Of a DNA stretch of 64,000 nt, positions 23,940 through 35,641 are shown one piece after another; position 1 is the stretch's first letter; each line of letters begins with the position of its first letter. A program made the position numbers and the translations under genes. The DNA comes from Octopus bimaculoides (Eukaryota). The notes below the pieces were generated by a model. That model made no database searches. It was not told the origin of the DNA and was given only the letters and a program-made list of their open reading frames with translations. The DNA lies in NCBI RefSeq assembly GCF_001194135.2, contig NC_068983.1, positions 132,401,538 through 132,465,537 of the forward strand, given 5' to 3'.

Positions 23940-24400
23940 AGAAAATCTGGATAGTAAAGTAAGATACATCTAAGCCATTTAGACGGGTTGGAGAAGGGTG
24001 GTGAGGAAAAGTCTAAGTGTAAAAGAAGAAGATAAGTAGATATAGATACAGAGATCTTAAAGGTCGTAAGTGATAGATATATATGAGCTGTGTCTGCCTA
24101 TATAAGTGGTGGGTCGTAAATAAGTGGCGTCAGGCTAGAGTAAACTTGAAATATGATATTCTTGTGGTGAATGGTCAGTCTCGGCGATTTACAACTTAAA
24201 TATACGAACTTATCTATTATATTGGTACATATACTTATCTAGATGATGAAAGGGTTAAGGAGGTGGAAAGGGTAATTAGAACATATAAGACCTTAAAGAA
24301 TGAATAATTAGAAAATGTCAACAAGAAAAGGGAAATAAAGTATGTGGGACGCTCAAATTCAAAATACAGAGTATTGGGGGCATTTCAACCGTGGTAATAT
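23940..24400 (-). mobile_element. Possible Penelope-like GIY-YIG endonuclease remnant
   Basis: The minus strand has NIIFQV followed, after a frameshift, by TYIG. It is otherwise highly decayed. Confidence 0.3.
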
Positions 24401-25208
24401 AGTATAATATTGATAGGAAATAATAGCACCCACATTAATAATGCAAAAAATAAGAAATAAAAAATAAAAAATAAGAGATAAACAATAAAAAATAAAATAT
24501 ATATATATATATATATATACACATAAATACATATCTATATCAATTGGTGTAAATTGCAAAATTCCAAAAGATGTTTCAATATCTAAGAAACGGAAATGAG
24601 AAAGTCAGATGGAAAATGTATTAGAATTCATTGCACCTGTAGTAGGAAGTCCCCAAAATAAATTGTATTTTTAGAATAAATGAATATATTCAAATAATGA
24701 AACGTCCAAAAACGAGGGAATATCAGTTTTCACATTAACTTCTGATTTGCAAATTCTGAGTAATTTCTAGTTCGACTTTTGAAATGGAATACTGTTATGT
24801 AGATCACCAAATGTACCTGAGACACAGGGATATACATTTCTCTCCAAGCTTGGAGCGAAATGTAAATTTTATAACTTTTGCAGCCTATCAAGTCACCTCA
24901 TGAGGCTCCCCTGTGCCGCGAGAGGCAGTAGTGCAATCTACATGACTGTGGTACTAAATAAAGATTCTACTTCGACTTCATCTTTTGTATCAATCATTTA
25001 GAATATATTTAACGTGCACTTAGCAATTCCTTAAGTAGTTCTAGCAACGAAGTAGCGTATTGTGGGTGATAGCCATGAGTGGTGAATGTGCTCTACAGAC
25101 AACTACCTAGGATTTACTTGAAACAAGGTTTGCATACTGTATTTTAATATCTGCTATCTAAGCCTTAATTTTAAATTTTCAACTTACGCACATATATTTA
25201 TATGTGTT

Positions 25209-25264
<56 letters not shown>

Positions 25265-25595
25265 TGTGTGTGTACACATAGATGTATAGATATATTTGTG
25301 CGAAGTTATGGGTGTATATATGTCCTGAATGTAGTCTATATTTGCACGCACAATCTCAAGCAAAAGTATACATATGCCCATATATATATATATATATATA
25401 TANNNNNNNNNNNNNNNNNNNNNNNNNNNNNNNNNNNNNNNNNNNNNNNNNNNNNNNNNNNNNNNNNNNNNNNNNNNNNNNNNNNNNNNNNNNNNNNNNN
25501 NNNNNNNNNNNNNTACACGTATATATATACTTGAATCTCCCTCTCTCTATCTATCTATCTCTTTCTCCCGTCTCTCTATATACATATATATTCTT

Positions 25596-25793
25596 TATTC
25601 TTTTACTTGTTTCAGTCATTTGACAACGGCCATGCTGGAACACTGCCTTAAAGGATTTTAGTCGAATAAATAGACGCTAGGATTTATTCTACCAGTCTGT
25701 TTTGCCGAACCGCTCAGCTATGGGGTCATAAAGACAGCAACACCGGTTGTCAAGTGGTGAAGGGGAAAGACACGGATACAAACACAATCACAC

Positions 25794-25842
<49 letters not shown>

Positions 25843-26040
25843 CAGAGACAGACAGACACACACACACACATTTACGATACCATCTACTTTCAGTTTCCGT
25901 CAACCCAATCAACTTACATCTTTTTGGTCGGTCCGAGATTATAGTGAAGTTCCTTGCAGAATTTGTCACCCAGTGGGACTGAACCCAGAACCATGTAGCT
26001 AGAAAGCAAGCTTCCTATCATACAGCCACATCTGCGCCTA
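25596..26040 (-). mobile_element. tRNA-derived SINE (second family) with an internal (CA)n tract
   Basis: The minus-strand head TAGGCGCAGATGTGGCTGTATGATAGG..GGTTCAGTCCC contains A- and B-box-like motifs. It is colinear with the copy at 35246-35641. Confidence 0.8.
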
Positions 26041-26049
26041 CAGTTATAT

Positions 26050-26205
26050 ATGACCATGGGATTGCACCTATAAAGTTCCCCACCGAGGCATAAGTCCGGG
26101 TAAGGTTGGTTATGTAAGACCAGCAGTCGCTAATGCATACCAGCCTTCCCTCTCCACGGTGCTGATGTTATGCAAGGGATACAGCTTGGCGCCATTAATT
26201 GTTAA
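26050..26205. repeat. Probable interspersed repeat fragment
   Basis: A GC-richer island that I recall as a cephalopod repeat family. This cannot be verified within the window. Confidence 0.35.
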
Positions 26206-27913
26206 TTGACTTTTCGACGATGAATTATGTGGCATTTGCTACGTTTGTATTTGAACTTCCCGTTTGCTCAGTCTCTGTTAAATTCTTGGAACATTTTGTG
26301 TGTGCGTGTATATATATGTTGTTGTATATCAGGATACAGGAACTGTGCCAAATTTTCGGGTCTTAGAACAGCGACAGTACAATGGGGTGAGAGGGTGGTG
26401 CTGAGGGAAAGGCCATACTGCTGATAAGAACAATGACACCCACAGAAGCATACGATAGCACACACATACACGCATGCATACATACACGCACAAATACGGA
26501 CGCAAATGCATACGCATATAAGGATACATATCTTTGAAGAACAGAACGGAGTAATTGGAGCAAGAGAACACAAGCAAACGAAAAGTGTCGCTGAAAAGGT
26601 CACAGATGTGTGACGAAAGATTTCCGGACAATGGACATGAGCTAAAATAATAAAATAATAACATTAATAAACGAGTGAAGAACAAATGTATTGTGCGAGT
26701 GTTTATTTGGCATAAAAAATGACCACCCCGAAATAAAACAATATCTGTTTCAACACACGGTTTCACATCAGGGATCTTGCAACACAAAATGATTAACGTG
26801 TGGGTGTATATAGTGTGTGTATATATATANNNNNNNNNNNNNNNNNNNNNNNNNNNNNNNNNNNNNNNNNNNNNNNNNNNNNNNNNNNNNNNNNNNNNNN
26901 NNNNNNNNNNNNNNNNNNNNNNNNNNNNNNNNNNNNNNNNNNNNNNNNNNNNNNNNNNNNNNNNNNNNNNNNNNNNNNNNNNNNNNNNNNNNNNNNNNNN
27001 NNNNNNNNNNNNNNNNNNNNNNNNNNNNNNNNNNNNNNNNNNNNNNNNNNNNNNNNNNNNNNNNNNNNNNNNNNNNNNNNNNNNNNNNNNNNNNNNNNNN
27101 NNNNNNNNNNNNNNNNNNNNNNNNNNNNNNNNNNNNNNNNNNNNNNNNNNNNNNNNNNNNNNNNNNNNNNNNNNNNNNNNNNNNNNNNNNNNNNNNNNNN
27201 NNNNNNNNNNNNNNNNNNNNNNNNNNNNNNNNNNNNNNNNNNNNNNNNNNNNNNNNNTATATATATATATATATGCCCACACGTTTATCAATTATATATA
27301 TACACTCACACGTTTATCAAGATTGACATTCAAATCAACTTTAATCTCTTGGCAAGACCGCCATACACAGAGATAATCGTTCTGAGAAATTAACACGTAC
27401 ATATACTAAAAAAGCATAGACTTATCGGTTGACAAATTTTTTTCCGGCAGCAGCAGGTGTAATTTGTAGCAGCATATGATTTCAGTGTCTATTGCGCATC
27501 ATCGACAATAGGAACGTAAATACCGAATTCCAGATCAAAAATCCGTTAAACCGTTAAACACACCATGCTTTCGCAAAAAGTTGCCGAGCCGTATATAATT
27601 TAGTTAATAGCTAATTTACACGTTACGCAGTTGAAATCAGCACAAAGCAACAGACCCATGCTTGGAACTTAAAACATTTCTGTCGGTTGCAAATAATTTG
27701 TCAACGAAAAATAATATACGAGGACAATAAAGAATTTTCTATTACCCCTACTACATGATTCAATATTAAAAACATATATTTTAACGTATTTAAATGCTTT
27801 CATATTGTTACCCCTTCTAAACAGTTATCATATCCTAAAAGCTTTGAAAAATTCACCCCTCCTCAAATATTTAGTTTACTGTAAATGCTTTGATGTGAAA
27901 CAAATCTGTCTTG

Positions 27914-28078
27914 TTATTTACATTATTTACATTTGACGGATATTTGTCCTTACCTTGTTTGTTGTTAACACAACGTCTCGGCTGATATACCCTCCAGTCT
28001 TCATCAGGTGTCCTGAGGAAATTTCGAACCTGGGTTCTCATTCCTAAGGTATTTTTCGATATTATTATTTTTACTATT

Positions 28079-28115
<37 letters not shown>

Positions 28116-28274
28116 TCAGTGCTTGGAATCGAACATGGAATCTTAGGGGTTAGTAACCCGCGCTCTTAACCACTACGCCATATACTCGTACAAAGAAGAT
28201 GAGGGCAAATATCAGTCGAATGTAAATAATGTAAATAATATACATAATTCCCCAACCTCTTAAATATAGAACTG
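27914..28274 (-). mobile_element. tRNA-headed SINE with hammerhead-like motif and inverted tail, flanked by a 12-bp TSD
   Basis: On the minus strand: a head at 28180-28110 (A-box TGGCGTAGTGG, B-box GTTCGATTCC), (AAT)n, a body, and a tail ending at 27914. A plus-strand copy of the tail lies at 28190-28274. The direct repeat AAATCTGTCTTG occurs at 27902-27913 and 28275-28286. Confidence 0.85.
27967..28012 (-). ncRNA. Minimal type I hammerhead ribozyme motif (this copy is mutated)
   Basis: It reads GACAC-CTGATGA-A-GACTG-GAGGGTATAT-CAGCC-GAGA-CG-TT-GTGTT. Stem I is GACAC/GTGTT and the CUGAUGA core is intact, but GAAA reads GAGA and stem II has one mismatch. Confidence 0.6.
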
Positions 28275-28979
28275 AAATCTGTCTTGCTTTCTTCACGCTC
28301 AAAAACTAATGGAGTCATCAGCCACGGCACTAGAACTCATGTGGTATGGATTTACTTTTTAATAAAATAAATCTTTACTGATTATTTGTAAAGTATCAAG
28401 GATTAAAAGCTTTAGAAATGTGTAGTATTAAAGCCGCATATATTTTCATATAAAGTTACACATTTGAAGATACACATTGAAACTATAAATAGGGTCTTTC
28501 CAGGATATCTGTTTACTTTCAAAGATTGTGGTAGCTTCAATCACTGAATAGAAGACAGCATCAATATTGGGCTTTTTTAATCTGTAAATGCTGATACGGA
28601 AAGTTATCTCTAGGCAGAGGGATCGACATAATTAGTATATCAGGTAATTTTCTTAACAGAACTTTATACAAATTATTTAAATTTCCTGTTTGATATGTGC
28701 TCACAAATAGAAGTATATTGACGTGGAATTAGAATTTCGCAGATGTCTAAGTCGATAAAGTGATTCTTTTATATCATTGATTTTACATCTAAATTTGGAT
28801 TTTACATAACGATATCTTCCACGTCTAAACTATTGGTTATTTTAATAATTCGAATGTAAATTGATAGAATCAGTAAACGTCTCATTAAATCAACAGAGGA
28901 AGTTGTTTGTTTTTTCCCAATACCGTCTGATAAGCTAGATACTCTTTTTGTCCAATTTCAGCAATCTTCTCTATTCATC

Positions 28980-29210
28980 ACAGCACTCTCTGTCTGTCTC
29001 TCACTCTCTGTCTCTGTCTCCCTCTCTCTTTCTTCTCTTCTCCGTTCTCTCTCTATTTCTGTCTTTCTTTCTCTTTCTTTCTCTTTCTCCCTCACTCTCC
29101 TAACTTCTACATGCTCTCTCTCATTCTCTGTCTCTCTCTCTCTCTTCCTCTCTCTCTCACCTCCTCTCTGTCTCACCCCCTCTCTCTCTCACACACACAC
29201 CCTCTCCCTC
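28980..29210. repeat. Degenerate (CT)n polypyrimidine tract
   Basis: About 230 bp of almost pure C/T on the plus strand. Confidence 0.9.
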
Positions 29211-30526
29211 CCTCGCATCTGAAATTATTTTTTGATGATATTGTTGTGGTAACTATAATTTGAGAGTTAATTTTCAATCGATATCTGTCAGGAAGTGTGA
29301 AGTACATCTCCATTCTCATGTTAGAGAATATCGACAGTGTTGCTACCCCAAACAACGGAGGTTCATGTAAGAATTATACGATTTCATGCATAAGGCATTA
29401 TTGTTTTTTTCATTTCTGCATGACTAAAAACATAATTTTCTCTTAGAAATAGGAATATATTTAACCGATATTAGCCCTTTTCCATATGAAAATGCTAAAA
29501 AAATGTAAGACCGGAACCAATCTTCATTCCAGCTACAAAAAATGTTGGACTTATGACCTACAGATATTCTATTTGATGTTAAATGTATATTTTAATTCAG
29601 GCAACAATTCCTTAACCAATATATATATANNNNNNNNNNNNNNNNNNNNNNNNNNNNNNNNNNNNNNNNNNNNNNNNNNNNNNNNNNNNNNNNNNNNNNN
29701 NNNNNNNNNNNNNNNNNNNNNNNNNNNNNNNNNNNNNNNNNNNNNNNNNNNNNNNNNNNNNNNNNNNNNNNNNNNNNNNNNNNNNNNNNNNNNNNNNNNN
29801 NNNNNNNNNNNNNNNNNNNNNNNNNNNNNNNNNNNNNNNNNNNNNNNNNNNNNNNNNNNNNNNNNNNNNNNNNNNNNNNNNNNNNNNNNNNNNNNNNNNN
29901 NNNNNNNNNNNNNNNNNNNNNNNNNNNNNNNNNNNNNNNNNNNNNNNNNNNNNNNNNNNNNNNNNNNNNNNNNNNNNNNNNNNNNNNNNNNNNNNNNNNN
30001 NNNNNNNNNNNNNNNNNNNNNNNNNNNNNNNNNNNNNNNNNNNNNNNNNNNNNNNNNNNNNNNNNNNNNNNNNNNNNNNNNNNNNNNNNNNNNNNNNNNN
30101 NNNNNNNNNNNNNNNNNNNNNNNNNNNNNNNNNNNNNNNNNNNNNNNNNNNNNNNNNNNNNNNNNNNNNNNNNNNNNNNNNNNNNNNNNNNNNNNNNNNN
30201 NNNNNNNNNNNNNNNNNNNNNNNNNNNNNNNNNNNNNNNNNNNNNNNNNNNNNNNNNNNNNNNNNNNNNNNNNNNNNNNNNNNNNNNNNNNNNNNNNNNN
30301 NNNNNNNNNNNNNNNNNNNNNNNNNNNNNNNNNNNNNNNNNNNNNNNNNNNNNNNNNNNNNNNNNNNNNNNNNNNNNNNNNNNNNNNNNNNNNNNNNNNN
30401 NNNNNNNNNNNNNNNNNNNNNNNNNNNNNNNNNNNNNNNNNNNNNNNNNNNNNNNNNNNNNNNNNNNNNNNNNNNNNNNNNNNNNNNNNNNNNNNNNNNN
30501 NNNNNNNNNNNNNNNNNNNNNNNNNN

Positions 30527-31358
30527 ATATATGGGAGAATTTACGAAAAAAACAACAGACAAAGACAGGTGGTGTAAACAACAAATGGATGTATTAGTAT
30601 AACGCTCAGGAATAGAGAAAGTCTTTAACGTTTCGAGCTGCTCCCTTCAACTGAAAGGAACACAAAAGGAAACAAGGAGAGAATCAAGGAGAGAAAAAAA
30701 TATAAATGCAGTGGTCAGCGATCTATGATGGCGAATGTCGGACAGATGGATCACACAGGAGAGCTAAGAAAAAGGGGAGATCACAAAGAAGTGGTGAACC
30801 TAAAGACGAGAAGGTACGTGTGTGTGTGCGAGAATGCTGGTGATCTTAACGTATGCATGTGTGTATGTAGGTATGAAGATGTGAAAATGTGGAGAAGGCA
30901 ATTGGTCAGTGCTAGTGTGTGCGTGGTGATGTGTTGTGAAGTGAGGTGTTGTGCGATATGGTGTAGCGTGGTGTGATGTCGTGGTGTTGGGAGGTGGGGA
31001 AAGCATGAGTGGAGTGTTGGTTAGGCTGAGGGTGGGGGTAGAGGTAGGGATATGTGGGTAGGCAGAGGTTTGGGTCGGTGTATATNNNNNNNNNNNNNNN
31101 NNNNNNNNNNNNNNNNNNNNNNNNNNNNNNNNNNNNNNNNNNNNNNNNNNNNNNNNNNNNNNNNNNNNNNNNNNNNNNNNNNATATATATTTATATATAT
31201 ATATAATTCCTCTATTTACATAATATCGAGATCTCATTCATTCTTTTCTTGACATGTTATTATTACTATTCCTGACCGATATACTAATACATCTATTTGT
31301 TTTCAACACCACCTGTCTTCGCCTGGTGTTTTTTTTTTGTGAATTCTCCAGATATATA
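30527..31358. mobile_element. Inverted pair of ~90 bp repeat tails with a degenerate hammerhead-like motif
   Basis: 30527-30615 is the imperfect reverse complement of 31266-31358. The minus strand at 30658-30621 reads CCTTT-CAGTTGA-A-GGGAGCAGCTC-GAAA-CG-TT-AAAGAC. Confidence 0.6.
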
Positions 31359-32500
31359 TAGAATATATATATACATAACGTATATATTTTACCTCCAAAT
31401 TCTCCATATTAAAATCTGCTTCAGTCCTATAAACCAAAGGTGTGAATAATATATATTTGTATAAGCAATACAAGCACGCCACGCTTTGATATATTTATAC
31501 AAGGATAGTATATTTAATTTGAAGATATTATTCATAAAAATAGTAGTATTGTTTTCTTTTACAATATGATTCTTTATAATATTCCTTTAAAAATACGAAA
31601 TTTATTGATTGAAGTACCATGGAAATTCTCAGCGACTGCTGTTTGATACGCAGTAAAATAAAGCCGACTTCAATATTGAAGAATTTCAGGCGTACTTGTT
31701 TTATAAAATATAATCGTGTTTAGTTCTTGCCTTGGATTCCTAACGTGAATTGCGGCTGACGAATCAAAGCTCTTAATGCAATTATCTCTATTATAGCCAG
31801 ATCGGTTTTTCAATGTTTACTGGTTACGCCGTAAACTGGCACGTGCTTATCCTCAAGTATGTTAAGGAATGCCGAAGTATCCTCTTCAAAACGCAGAGAG
31901 CAAAAATAGTTTGTTTAGTTTCATGCCATTGTTTAATTCTCTCACGATGTTTTAGGGATTCTATCATACACAACCATTGTATAATTCCCTCAAGATTTCT
32001 AAAGAATAGATTCTATTACACGCAACTAAACTGAAAGTAGGTGCGATTAATCATGTAAAATAAAAAAAAAATAAGGAAACAGGGATATATGTCTGCCGAA
32101 AGGGATTCCTTCTCTGCCAACAGTGAAAATGATTCGTTCTTGATTCGATCAAGAAGTGAAAAAGAGTTAATGTGATAAACGCAATGTCTGGGAATCAGGA
32201 AGCAAAATGGCATGCCCTCGGGAATATACTAAATTAATGAGTAATTATTCAGTGAAGTATGGGTGATCCGCTTCTAATAAATGATATTTTAATAAAGAGG
32301 TGTGGGTACTACTTAAGAAGAGAGGACCCGACGTGCACACCCTCACCAGTCAGCGGATGCGCAAACCTAACGCACACGCGCTACTCAATAGAGTAGTCAG
32401 CACCTACGATAAAAAAATCCCTTCACATGTATAAATATGTGTAAACTGTAAATCGGAGGGGGAATGGAATTTATATATATATATATATATNNNNNNNNNN

Positions 32501-32575
<75 letters not shown>

Positions 32576-32576
32576 A

Positions 32577-32626
<50 letters not shown>

Positions 32627-32854
32627 GTAATAAAACCGAATGAATGAATAAACATACAACAAATTTTGAAATTGAAATAAAATGTTACACAAAAGTAGTC
32701 ATAAAGAAAAGTGAGAATAAAACAAATTCTGAAATAAAATCTTATTGAAAAGTAGGCATTAAGAAAAGTGAAAATAATGAAATAAAATGTTATTTACTTA
32801 CTCAAAAGTAGTTGCTATTCAAAAGTGAACCATTCTGAAAGATGTTTTAGAATA

Positions 32855-32993
32855 CAGTTCTATATTTAAGAGATGAGGAATTATGTACATTATTTACAAT
32901 ATTTTCATTCGACGAATATTTGTCCTTATCTTGTTGTTGTTAACAACAAACAAGATGAGGACAAATATCCGTCAAATGTAAATAATATAAATA
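32855..32993. mobile_element. Fold-back insertion made of two SINE tails fused at GTTAAC, 12-bp TSD
   Basis: Both arms match the tail of the 27914-28274 element. The flanking direct repeat is ATGTTTTAGAAT (32842-32853) and ATGTTTCAGAAT (32994-33005). Confidence 0.8.
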
Positions 32994-33014
32994 ATGTTTC
33001 AGAATGTTCCGTAA

Positions 33015-33524
33015 TCATTCATCTCCAGTTTCCTCATACTTTTCCCTCCAAAGAAACTCATCTAGATGGGATTCAATCATATTTGTGGGTACTCCCATCA
33101 AACATTTGAATCTACTTTTTGCATTTTTCCAGTAACTTTCCACTGAGTTGGTATGCACGTTAGTTACTGGACCCACAAATTTTTCTCTACGCATCATTTT
33201 CAAATGGGAATCCCGTGGTTCGACATCAATTTCAGCTATTCCATTGTATTCACTACAGCAATCAGAATAGATAGTCGTACCTGGTTTTATATTCTTTCTG
33301 ATAAGGGGGAGCACAGTTTCAGAGAAACGATCAATCACAAACACCAAAAATCCTATTTTGCCTTCCCTGTCCCATCCTCCAAAAACCAACCTCTCCTGTA
33401 GTATTCTGCCTCTATTATACTCTCTTTTGAACATCAAAGTTTCGTCTATTTCGACGATGTGCGCAACTCCTCCAACTTGGTAGGGATTACATAAAAGATG
33501 GTAATTTGCTATCTCTCTCGCGTA
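33015..33524 (-). pseudogene. Merlin DDE transposase catalytic domain (N-terminus lost)
   Basis: One open frame reads AREIANY..VGGVAHIVEIDETLMFKREYNRGR..VFGG..IKPGTTIYSDC..HTNSVESYWKNAK..HLDEFLWR. All three D, D and E motifs are present. Confidence 0.9.
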
Positions 33525-33651
33525 TTAATACCATTGTATCACGGATGCTTCTGAAAGACCTGCTATATCACATGAGATATTTATGGAGACTTTCCTTGGC
33601 CATAAATACGTCAGAAGAATAAAATTTCATTCATTTATTCGGTTATTTTAT

Positions 33652-33713
<62 letters not shown>

Positions 33714-35245
33714 CATTCCACCCCACTCCGATTTACAGTTTACACATATTTATACATGTGGGGGGATTTTTTATCGCGGGTGCTGACTAGTCTACTGACT
33801 AGCGCGTGTACGTGCGATGCCCACGTCCGCCGACTGGCGCGTGTGCACGCGTCAGGTCCACTATTCTTAAGTAGTAACGAGGCTTGTATGCGGTAATAGT
33901 TTAGCATAGTTTACTTGCTTGTATAACAAAACAATTATTTCCCAAAAAAATTTTGTCTGAAATCAGTAACACTAATGTTTAATGTTAAATTGGATCAAAT
34001 TTTCTGTAATATTCTACTCAAATTAAAAGCGTTAATTACTCATTCTCAAATCCAGTCCGTATTTTACAGTTTAAAATGTTTATAGAAATATTCTACTCGT
34101 TTCTCTCATTCTGGAATCTGTGATTGATTAATTATATTTGTAGATAGCACATTTTAAGATTATGTTATTTTACATTCATTCATTGCTAACTTATATCTCT
34201 GCCAGTAGCATCAAATTAATCTAATGGCACACAAACCGTGTGGCTGGATAAGAAGATCAGAAATATAATCCTATCAAAGTGGTTGCAAATGTTAGATTGT
34301 CGGATAAAATCGTGTATGACTGTAGCTCTAGACATTTAATCAACTGAAAATATACATAAATTCAATGGAAGCAGTATGACACGCGTAAAGAATTGTAATC
34401 TTTGAATTATAGGTAAATATAATATTGGTAGTCTACAATATAAGACATTGAACTATTTTGCATAAAATTATGTATATACGGTAGTTCCTTCATGTCCCTG
34501 AATACCTAATTGATTTAACTGACTATTGATCAGATGAGCAGTAGTGTATAATGAAAAAAGTGGTACAATGATAGAATAGTAAAACGGAAAATAATGATGA
34601 AAATGATTATGCAATATGTAAGAAAATTTTCTATCTTAGATTCGACAGATGTGCTAGGAGAGGAGACATTACAATTATATATTACAAGAAAATGTGGGAA
34701 CGTTATATCGTTTTCGAAAAAATAACTGGTATGCGATTCATATAAAATGAAAACAGATAAAGCAAAACAATCCGACAGAAGAGTAACGCCGTGCCAAAAA
34801 TAAACACTACAAATCCTATTTTTACGTTCATGTGAAATTACCATCTCTCGCCTATTTCTCGGAGCTACTCCTCTTCAGTCTTAAATGCGATTTGATATAC
34901 GTTGCTACTCTAACCAAGGTATTAAATTTACATTATGTAAAATATATTTTAGATATTTTATTTATATGCGTTGTCTGTGTGATGACGTGTGTTTTAGCTT
35001 GGTTATGAGGTAATGTGTTTATGATTAATGACTGAATGAAATCGTAAATTTGTATGTACACATATTAACAGGATATAGTTTATACAGTGTCCGTCACTGA
35101 GGCGTTTAAATGTTAATATATAAATGCCAAAATAGTGTAAGAGAATATCAATTTATATGGAGCAATAAATTATATCAGCTGAATTTCACAATTTTGCAGG
35201 GTCGAAGGTTTGTAATGTAGATAGTAATAAATGTAAATTATTACG

Positions 35246-35641
35246 TTTATTCTTTTACTTGTTTCAGTCATTTGACTGTGGCGATGCTGGATTACCGCCT
35301 TTATAGTCGAGCAAATCGACCCCAGAGCTTATTCTTTGTAAGCCTAGTACTTATTCTATCGGTTCTCTTTTGGTGAACCGCTAAGTTACGGGGACGCAAA
35401 CACACCAGCACCGTTTGTCAAGCGATGCTGGGGCGACAAACAGTCACACAAACATATGCACACGCATACATATATATATGCATATACGACGGGCTTCTTC
35501 TAGTTTCCGTGTACCAAATCCACTCACAAGGCTTGGTCGGCCCGAGACCATTGTAGAAGAGACTTGCCCAAGGTTCTACGCAGTGGGACTGAACCCGGGA
35601 CCAAGTGGTTGGTAAGCGAGCTACTGACCACACAGCCATGC
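35246..35641 (-). mobile_element. tRNA-derived SINE (second family)
   Basis: The minus-strand head is GCATGGCTGTGTGGTCAGTAGC..GGGTTCAGTCCC. It is colinear with 25596-26040. Confidence 0.8.

Larger units (their letters stand above)
32305..33878 (-). mobile_element. Merlin (IS1016/IS1595-like) DNA transposon, internally deleted
   Basis: Long TIRs begin GGTACTACTTAAGAA (32305) and end TTCTTAAGTAGTAAC (33878). They match for about 170 bp and continue through inverted (ATCT)n/(AGAT)n tracts. The 8-bp flanks GAGGTGTG and GAGGCTTG match at 6/8, a degraded TSD. Confidence 0.88.

Noticed and set aside
28110-28180. tRNA gene (also 40856-40923)
   Set aside because: It has A and B boxes and an anticodon-like arm but no acceptor stem pairing, and it is embedded in a repeat. 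It is a SINE head.
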